Below are positions 51,320 through 61,159 of a stretch of DNA of 64,000 bases, piece by piece. Origin of the DNA: Epiperipatus broadwayi. Taxonomy: Eukaryota > Animalia > Onychophora. Position 1 is the first letter of the stretch, and each line of letters opens with the position of its first letter. The translations under genes and the position numbers were made by a program. The notes under the pieces were generated by a model. The model was not told the DNA's origin, searched no databases, and saw only the letters and a list, made by a program, of their open reading frames with translations. The stretch is taken from contig JAQFVV010000001.1 in assembly GCA_028023455.1 (NCBI GenBank), positions 4,340,001-4,404,000 of the forward strand, read 5' to 3'.

Positions 51320-52974
51320 TTAATAAGAGTACTAAACTCTCCATACAATAGTTCCACCAAGTGGAACCCTTTATAATGCAGGAAGGTTTGTGCTTAAATT
51401 CTCTACCTAGTGCCTACTCATCCAATATCCCCAGAGTAGTTTCTAGCTTGTGCCTTTCATCTTGGGCTCCTAGTTTTATAGTTAACCAAATAGGTAAAAT
51501 GTAGCTGCTGGAGGTTGCATTAGATTCTAAGATCTAAGTGCAGTCCTCTCATCTAAGGCTCCTCACTGATTAAAGCTACAAGTTAGAAGCTAATCTGGGA
51601 ATGTTTGATGAGTAGACCATAGATAAGATTTTATCCACAAACCTTTCTACATCCATTAATTACAAAGGCTTGCACTTGGTGGCACTACTGTATAGTTAAT
51701 ACTCTTATTAATAGCATGTGTTAGAATATGAAATGGTGTTCGTGTGATGTTTTGGTGATTTTATACCTATCCTGCCCATAGGGTAATGGTGATTGTGGTT
51801 TTTAAAAATCCAAAGCCACCAAAATATATAGGTGCTGAACGGAGTTCAGATCTATATGACAAGTAAATGAGCTTGTGTTTGAAACATTATGGTGTTTTCA
51901 TACTGGAGGGTTGCATTAAATCCTAGATCTAGCTGCAGTGCTCTCAATCCAAGACTTCTCACTAGAAACTAATCTGGAGATGTTAGATGAGTAGGTACTA
52001 GATACGGATTTTACGCACAAACCTTCCTGTATCCATTGATTATGAACACTTCCATTTGGTGACACTACTGTATGGAGGGTTTAGTACTCTTACTAATAGC
52101 ATGTGTAAGCATATGAAATGATGATCATGTGGTGTTTTGATGATTTTTATACTTATCCTGCTCGTAGGATAATAGTAACTGGGTTTTGGAAAACCAAAGA
52201 CACCAAAATGTGTAGATGCTGAAGTGAGTTCAGATCTATATGACATATAAGTGAATGAGCTTTGATTGGAAAAGTTATGGTCTTTGCCTTGGGCTTCTGG
52301 ATAGTTGCATTAGATCCTAAGATGTAGATGCAACGTTCTCAATTGAAGTCTCTCACTGATGGAAGCCACAAGCTAGAAACTAGATTGGGAATGTTGGGTG
52401 ATTAGGCACTAGATAGGGATTTTATACACAAACCTTCCTCCGTCCATTGATTACAAAGGCTTGCACTTGGTAGCACTATTGTATAGAGAGTTTAATACAC
52501 TTATTAACAGCATTTGTAAGTATATAAAATGATGATCATGTGATGTTTTGTTTTTATATCTACCCTGTCCATAGCATAATGGTGATTATGGTTTTTAAGA
52601 ATCTAAAGACACCAGATGCTGAACTGATTTCAGATTTTTATGACTATACAAGTGAATGAGCTTGAGTTGGAATCATTATGGTGTTTTCATCTTGGGCTTC
52701 TATTTTTATAATTAACCAAATAGCAAAAGATGACTGCTGGAGGGTTGCATTAGATTCTAAGATATAAATGAAGCACTCTCAGCCAAGACTTCTCACTGAT
52801 AAAAACAACAAGCTAGCAACTGATAAATAGGCACTAGAAACCCTCCTCCCTGGATCTATTGATTACAAAGGCTTGCACTTAGTGGCAATACTATATGGTG
52901 AGTTCAGTATTATTATTAACAGCATGTGTAAGCAAGCACATGAAATGGTGACTGTAATGTTTTGATGGTTTTAT
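51320..52974 (+). mobile_element. Hammerhead repeat locus B: inverted partial unit (51320-51461) + ~3.6 forward units
   Basis: HHR-position motifs at 51434-51461 (-), 51566, 51962, 52356 and 52796 (+), spacings 396/394/440 bp; inversion junction at a shared TTTCATC. Confidence 0.88.
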
Positions 52975-53686
52975 GTAGCCATTGTTAATTATGACAGAAA
53001 GTAAAACCATTAAATAGCTTAGTATGATCTATGTAGCTGCATTGCCAAAGTTTTGTGGACCTAGGCATGCCTTTCTTTGTTTTACTCTTTTCTTGTTGTC
53101 ACTCTTCATGATCTTTAATATTTTCTTGAATCTCTTTCTCAACTCCAGATTGACTAAAAAATAATTATGGGCCAAAGCTTCTACTCTCATAATTCTTAGA
53201 TATCCTTTGAGTAATTTTAACATTCTCTACATTTGAATGGAATCACTCACTAATCTCTCAGAATGTTTATTATATTTACTTTGACATGTTCTCTTGCATT
53301 TTACCACATTATTGCAACATGAGATTGCTTTTTCAATTATTTCTAACACTAGTTTTCATATTGGATCTTGTTATGTCAAGGATGTTCCTGTCTGACTAAA
53401 TCTTGCAGAATTTAGAGTCAATAGAAATCAATCTTAATATTCAGTTTTTCGTTTCTTGGCAATGAGACTATACATCAGCGTGCTTTATCTGTTTAGCTGA
53501 TCTATAATCTGGTGATAATTATGTGAATGGGCTTACCATTTTTATTATTCCCCAATAGTGGTTTATAGTCAATCACTATTTTAAATTCATTTTCTTATAA
53601 ATATGGAAAGAATTTTCTTACACAAAATAGTACTCCCACATCTTTTTATCAATCTGATTGTAATTTAGATCAGTTTTTGATAATAT

Positions 53687-54361
53687 TAAAATAGGCAAAA
53701 CTCTCCATAGTAGTGTCACTCAGTGCAGGTCAGAGTAATAAGTAGATGCCAGAAGGCTTGTGCATAAAATCCTTATCTAGTGCCTACTCATCCAACCTTC
53801 CCAAACTAGTTTCTAGCTTGTGGCTTTTGTCAGTGAGGAGTCTTGCACTGAGTGACACTACTACGTGGAGAGTTTTGCCTGTTTTAATAATAGTTAAGAG
53901 CAAGCATAAGAAAAGGTGATTGTGTGATGTTTAGTGGTTTAATACCAATCCTGCCTAATAGGGTAATGGTGATATGGTTATTAAAGAATGAAAGACATCA
54001 AAATGTAGGGGTACTGAACTGAGTTCAGACCTATATGGCTATATAAATTAATGAGCAATTTTAGACTCATAGTTTTGTAGTTAAATAGAGATAAAATGTG
54101 GCTGCTGGAGGGTTACATTTGATACTAAGATATAGGTGCAGTGTTCTCAGGTCCAAGGCTCCTCTCTGATGAAAGTCACAAGCTAGAAACTGGCCTGAGG
54201 ATGTTGGATGTGTGGGAATTAGATAGGGATTTTATGCACAAGCCTTCTGGCATCCATTGTTTACTCTGGCTTGCACTGAGGGCACTACTGTATGGAGTGT
54301 ATTGCCTGTTTTATAACAGTTATGAGCAAGCATAAGAAAATGTGATCATGTGGTGTTTAGT
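53687..54361 (+). mobile_element. Hammerhead repeat locus C: inverted partial unit (53687-53845) + ~1.1 forward unit
   Basis: HHR motifs at 53804-53833 (-) and 54166-54195 (+); flanked by AGTTTTTGATAATAT (53672-53686) / AGTTTTTTTGATAATAT (54362-54378). Confidence 0.85.
54135..54215 (+). ncRNA. Type I hammerhead motif C1 (core boxes intact, cleavage triplet GCC)
   Basis: TCCAAGGCTCCTCT-CTGATGA-AAGTCACAAGCTA-GAAA-CTGGCC-TGAGGATGTTGGA; stem I pairs TCCTC/GAGGA and TCCAA/TTGGA. U16.1 to C makes it probably inactive. Confidence 0.6.
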
Positions 54362-57300
54362 AGTTTTTTTGATAATATCCAGGGTATGCATCAGCCTTTT
54401 CTCAATATTGGACAAATGGCAGTTAACTGCAATAATTTCAGTCTGATGCATCAACTATAAAGATTATTTACCAATTGCAATCTGGATCTGCAATTTTGAG
54501 AATATGTGTATGCCTTTTATCCATCTAAATGGCAGTTTTTCATTTTTCCCAATTTCATTTTTGATTTGTCTTCAATAAAATTTGTATTGGTTTGCTATAG
54601 GTTTTACTCTTAACCATTTATTCTGTAAGTTTGGTCAAACAATGTTCTTTGGTTCTCTTGAAAAAACGCATTTTTGAGAGCATTTGAAAATAATATCCAG
54701 TTCTAATTTTTTCACTGCATTGTTAAAAATATAATTTTAATAATTACATACTTCAAAATTGAAATTAAATTTAAAAAAATTGTTTCAAAGCATTTTTGTA
54801 ATGAATAAATTAAAAATATATATGTAATGAATTATTAGTAAATACTATAATTAAAGTGGAAAAAAGTGTTTACTTAACTTTTTTTTTCAGGCTTTTGAAA
54901 ATAGATATTCAACTCTAATTTTTTAATGCATTTGTTTAAACAAAATATATTTATTTACTATTTTAATTATTACATATTTCAAAATTTAAATTTAAAAAAA
55001 AAAAAAACTTAAAACATTTTTGTTGATGAATAAATTACATTTTTTGTCTGAAATTTAAATATTAAAACTTTTAAAAAATGATAATAAAATATTTTTACAT
55101 ATAATGAATTAGTAATAAATGTAACTATAATTAAAGTTAAAATGTTTAAATATTTTTTGGGGGGTCAAAATATATACAGTATATAAATTAAAGTATGGGA
55201 TAGAAAAAAAGTCTATCCTGCTAAAAATAATAAACAAATGAGAATTGTTTTGTCTCCATCTCTTGATGAAAAATATAATTAAACTTTAAAACTTTTTTGA
55301 AATGAATATATAAATTACAAATCAAATAAAAGTGTTAACAATGAAAATGCTGTCACAGTGGAATTTCCTGTAGAAAATAATTTTAATAAATTCTTATTTT
55401 TAGTTGATTACAAGCAGTAAAAGTTAAAAAAAGGTGTTTGAAATAGTTATTCAGCTCCAAATATGCCTGCAATTATTTTATTTTTTTTTGTTTAAAGCTT
55501 TTTTAACAGCCATTATCTTTTCAGATAGAATGCCCTTACAGGTGTTTAATTTCCCAATATTTTATAATTTTTTACAATTTGATAACATGCTGTAAATTGA
55601 TTCTTACAGTTTTCCATTATTAATATGGAATTGAATCACTACATCATTGTTCTCAACGGTATTCAATTTTTGATGTGAAATATGACCAAAGTGAATGATA
55701 TTCTAAATGGAAAATAATTGCACCGGTCTAATCCCATGTGAGTATCTGCTGATTTTTTTTACTGCCAGTATTTGATAATAAGCTGGGTTAAAGTCCAACC
55801 TAGCCTAATGCTTCATAGCTTTTTGTAATGAAGTTAAAATTTAATTCACATTTAGCACTGAGTAATTATTATTATTATTTTTTTTGGTCATTTATTTATC
55901 GTCACATGGTATGTATTTGATCATCAGGCTTAGAAATCACAGCGTTATGCATTATCCAGTTGGATTTTTTCTCAAGTTCTAGTATTCCCCTTTCTACTAA
56001 CTCTTTGATTTCACCTTCAACTATTTCATGTTGGGCAATGATATCTAGCATAGTTTTCCATTAGTTCACTACTGTGGATGGCATTTTAATTAATCCTGCT
56101 TTTAAAAAAAAAAAAAAATATTCTGGAAACTTTTTATTTTTAACAACTATTCCATTTATTGTATTTAATTTAATCCCCAGTAATGCTTTTGTCTATTTTT
56201 TACAATGAATAAAGTTATATTTTTTTGTTTTTATTATTAATTTTTGTAAGTATCTCTACTTTCCCCCTCAGTCTAAGCTGGTTCTCATTTACATTTATCA
56301 CTATTGAAGTCATTTTCTTACTAAATGGTGTTGTCTTTCAATTTTGCAGTAAATGTTTTATTTGTTGACAGCTATAAAAGTTATGCCTGACCTATTTGAT
56401 TGAAAGCAATATTTGTCCATCTCTGTTAATTTCAATATTATTCATATATTGTTCTTTTGATCTTTTTTGTCATGATTTTTCCATTCATATTTTTTATGTT
56501 TTTGTTTTTTAAAGATTCTGTTTAACATGTTTTTCTGTATGACATTTTCTTAACAATGTTTGACCATATGTCTGATTTTGCCAAGCAATAACACTATTTC
56601 CACCCCTGTCTTTCTTGTGTTATTAGATTTCTCATCAGTCTCTTTGACAGTTCTACACGTGGCAGTCTGGTCTTAAACAATCTTTTCAGATTCAGAAAAG
56701 GAATATCACTTTAATTGCTAATTTAAAAGACAATTCAGTCTCACTTAGTAATTATTCATGCAGCATTATTCATCTCTCATAAGTATTGTTATAACAACAT
56801 TTCCCATAAAGCTATATCACAATATTTAATTTTTTTGCCAGGATCTTCTGTTGATAATACAAATATAAGCTTGCAATGTATCTAGACAGAGAAAGATTAA
56901 AATAATCACATTTTTTTAAACTAGGTCAGCATATGTGATCTTTTTGGGTTTATCAGGATTATGTAATCTGTTTCTAATTTTGATCCTTTGCTCTGTGAAA
57001 GCACTAATATTATTTATGATAAATTATATAAAAAAGTATATTCTGAACATATTACTAGAAAATTTGAAATTGTTACATTTTAACATCTATTTGCTCTAAA
57101 ATTGCCACTTTGGATTTTTGAGCTTATCATATTACTCAGGCATAGAATTCATTTAGGATATATGTTGTGGATTTGAGTAAATACTATTGTGCTCTCTAAA
57201 AAGAAGAATCATCTGTTCTCTGATGATGAATGATTTTATTAGAGATTTTAATAAGGATAAATATTTGGATTTCTTTGCTGGAGAATAACAAATTTGGTAT

Positions 57301-57499
57301 ATGCTGTGCAGAACTTCATACGCAATATAGATTTAAAAACAAAGTTCAACAACTGATAAGGATTAAAAAAATGATGGGCCAATTAAAACTGCAAAGGTAT
57401 TACAAATATTTGCTGATCATGGCCATCTTAGGTCTGTCCCCCCCCCTTTTTTTTTTGATACTTTAGAAGAAAATATGTGGGCTGAAAGATAAGTTAATA

Positions 57500-59100
57500 A
57501 TATTAAATTCACAAATTGCACTCTTTTATATGATAATTAAGTTATTTTGAAAAGGTATAGGGGATGTTTTGATCTAGTTTTCAGTAATGATACATGAATT
57601 GAAAAGATGGCTTTTAATATATTATGCCTACCTTCTCATTTAGTTTTGGACAGAGCATAAGAAAGTCAAAAGAGCTCATTGCACTCTCAAAAAAATAGAA
57701 AGATTACAAATGCTGATGATTTATTTATTCTGGAATATTTTGAAATATGGTGGTGATATTTTACTTTCAAAACTATTTAAGGAATATATTGACTCTTGAA
57801 GTTCTCCCATCTAATCCTGAGGATGTTTGTATTGATTAATTTATAAAAATGAATAGGATAGAAAAGACTACAATACTCATTGTGGAATATTCTTGTTTTC
57901 CATTACTTTCAAAGATTTCGCCAAATAAATTGTTTTTAGTCAAGGTTGAATGATTACCAGAAACTCAGTATGATTTTAAAGAATCGAGAAGCATTATAAT
58001 TTTTATTATCAAAGTGTTGTGAACAAAGATATGATATACATATTGTTTTCATTGATTTGGTTAAGGCAATGGACTTGCCTAAAATGATTTTGTGACTGTT
58101 TGAAATTAGGTAAACATTTATCATTGTTTAGTCATTGTATACTTTTTATGTAATGGAATAAGAGAAAATTCAGGATCTTTGAATTGAAAACTGATGTGAA
58201 CGGTGTTATGTAATAACTCTACCTTTGTTTTTTATTTTTATGTCAGTGGACTTTGAAACTTTGTATATGTGACTTCATGAAACTGTCGTCAGAATGAGAT
58301 ATAATTTTGACATTGAAATTTCTTTCCCTTATAATTGTTCTAGTTTTGCTAATCCAAAAATGTTTTTAATATTTCCATTGTAACTTGTAAACACTTTAAT
58401 TTAGCAAATAACTAAACTGTCACATCAGTCAGTAACAGAGAAAAATCTTCACTAACTTTTAGCTTGAATGATTATCAGCTTGAGAATACAAATTAACTTA
58501 AATATCTTAGTAGCTTTTGACATAAAAAGGTAATCTTAAATAATGATGTGTAGCACAGACTTCAGAATATCATTGCTGACTTCAAAATATTGTATTTGTC
58601 TAAAGGAATTTCTTTATAATTAATTGCATGGAAGTTAATTGTCCTGTATGGATGCAAGATTTGTTTTACCTAATTTATTGTGTGTGAGACATGAACTATC
58701 TTTGGGTGTAACAAAACCACTAGAAAAATTTTAAGTATGCTGTCCTTGATTCTAAAAATATGATGGCAGCTTTGTAAATATGCTTTTCAGTTTTTTGAAT
58801 GCTGCTTTTGAATATTTTATTTGTAAAAGATCATCTTCTTAATATTGGGCATGTGAAGTGGGATCAGTCTTAACAAAAAAATATTTTATAATGAAATCAA
58901 GCATGAATTTTTTTGGGAAAGACAGATCCTGTTTATATTTTAAAGATAAAATCTGAAAGATACTACAAGAGTTGTAATGTTTATTGTTTTTATTGGAAAA
59001 ATATGTCTATAGATAGAATACAATAAAGAACCATGTCGATGTCTTTCAAAAATAAAGTTGGCTGAGAAGAATCAAAAAGACAACAGTATAAGATGGCAAG
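57500..59100 (+). mobile_element. Old, heavily decayed RTE-clade LINE RT region
   Basis: LPETQYDFKESRS (57954-57992) and EQRYDIHIVFIDLVKAMD (58021-58074) correspond to RTE LPESQCGFR..RS and VFIDLxKAFD. Limits approximate. Confidence 0.6.
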
Positions 59101-61159
59101 TAAAGAAGCAGCATGTGATATATTAGATATATTTGGGTTTTATTAATTGCTACAAATTGGTTTGTTTTGCCATTGATTTACTTTTTATCTCTCTGTCATT
59201 TTTTATCCAGTAATTAAAATTGCCATACTCATTTATGAATGATAAAAATGATTTCATTCTTGAAATATATATTTTAAGTCAATCTACCATTACATTGATG
59301 ACTTTATGTTAATTTCTTTTTTGGATTTTTTTTTTTTTTTATGTACAGGTTTTTTATTCCCACATGATATGTGTTTTCTATTACTGTCTCCATATCATTA
59401 TTATTCCAAATAGTTTTTATAATATTGCTTAGTCTGCTTAAAAAGCATTGTGTGCTTATATGGAAAAACATTTTATGTTTTAAAAAAAAAAAATTTCTAA
59501 AGAACAGAATGTTATGTTTGAAATATCAAATTGGTCTTTAATATGTAGTGGTGTGGTATCATTGGATTAAAGATTAAAATCTGTCGAATTACCAAATAAT
59601 AAAATTTTGTGATGCAGGGCTAGAAAAAATGGTAAAGCCCAAAATGATTTTAAATTCTCCTCATACTCTATGAAGCAAATCTACTCAGCTCAGTTTTATT
59701 CCATTTAATTTAGTCTTGTACTTTATTAATACAACAAAACCTTCAAAACTGTAAAAAATCTTAAAAACTTATGATGGAAGACTATCAACATCTATTTGTT
59801 AAATTCTTTATGACAGTTTTACAATATTCATTTGTTAATTTAAAAGGTTTAGCTACATCGGTATAATAGTTCTTTACTTTTATGTCAGAATAAAACTTGA
59901 AAAACTAATCTTAAATATTATTTAGTTTAATATATGCAATGCTATCTTTTTTTTTTTTTACAAAAAAATGTTTGTCCAATTTTTAAATCAGTTGCTTTTC
60001 TTCAAATTTTACAAAATGACAATTTTTTTAGTATTTATTTTTTAGCAGCAGTACTTCATTCTGTTTCATCCAGAGAGATTTATTGTAAGCAAGAATATTT
60101 AATGTTCATTAGATGGCAGTATATGCCCATTTTTAGACTAATTTCTGGCTATCTAGAAATATTGATGTGGATTTACCAAGCTTACAATTAATGTATTTAG
60201 AGTAAATTACTCTGGCCATAGACTAGTTTGATGATATGGATGTAACATTTCCATAGATAATGAAGTAAATTATAGTACTTGACTGATGTTGTGGAAATAA
60301 AGTGGATAATTTCCTGAAAGGAGGTTGAAATACAAGAAAATTATATCTAATTTTGATCTTTCTTTAGCTGAAAATGATAGTTATAGTTGACAGTTTAGAT
60401 CTAAACATAAGAGAATCTTCGTATTTTCGCCTTTAATCACCTACTGTTATTTTAATTGATGTTATTACAGCGTATGAGGAATGAGAACCAGATTCTTTTT
60501 TTTTCTCATTATGGGAGAAGGGTATTGTAGACTCATATTTATTGTGCCTTTATGAAAAACCAAGTAATTACTTTTGAACTATCAAATTTCTGAAATGAAA
60601 AAAATTCTTGATGTCTCTTTGATGCTGACGTATAGATAATTCTGAATAGCTATTTTGTTTAATAATATGATTCTTTACATGTCAGCAACAATTGCAACAA
60701 ATATATGGAGTGGTCTTCACTAATTTTTTCTAATTGGTTTTCTTTCTGACTTCATTGAGAAAACAATGTGAATCCTTTAATTTAGATCAAGAGTTCTCAA
60801 AGTGGTCAATATCGACTCCCTGGGGTCAATTTGAACTTTCTAAGGGTCAATAGTTTCAATAAAAAAAATTTGGAGGTTGATGACAACAAAAATAGACCCC
60901 CTTACTATTGCTATTTGTCTGTTATTTTCAAAATATCTATGATTCCAATAGGTACCTAATTAAGAAGTAAAATAGTTTTAAAACCCCACTTTTTTGATAA
61001 AAACACATTACATACCAAACTTGTCAATGAAAGGGTTAAAAGAATCACAAGTAAAATGCATGAAAATACATGTAGCACAAATATGTCTGTGCATTGTCTT
61101 ATCAAAGGTATCAAAAGCAAGTACGGACATAAAAAACCAGTACATGTCCATACTTGCTC

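Larger units (their letters stand above)
51150..54700 (-). mobile_element. Decayed Gypsy pol (RNase H-integrase), interrupted by hammerhead loci B and C
   Basis: Minus-strand order: FIVDASD (54462-54442), EFKIVIDYKPLLG (53588-53550), Zn-finger-like LLKGYLRIMRVEALAHNYF (~53200), QRIVSN..WGIKHTS..YHSQSNGLV (51310-51190). Confidence 0.75.

Noticed and set aside
52040-54335. ORFs 52040-52246 (-) and 54141-54335 (+)
   Set aside because: They lie inside the hammerhead repeat and are not open in the other units.
32826-54361. Repeat arrays as CRISPR or simple satellite
   Set aside because: Eukaryotic context, ~400-bp units with no unique spacers and no cas genes. TSDs and inverted heads argue against plain satellite expansion.
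54891-54926. Strong acceptor (T-run CAG) as next TBC1D exon
   Set aside because: Phase-0 frame reads AFENRYSTLIF* with no donor and no similarity to the expected xDEIM..LKQAF helix.
61116-61158. 15-bp hairpin AGCAAGTACGGACAT/ATGTCCATACTTGCT as a Helitron 3' end
   Set aside because: No CTRR terminus at the expected distance on either strand.
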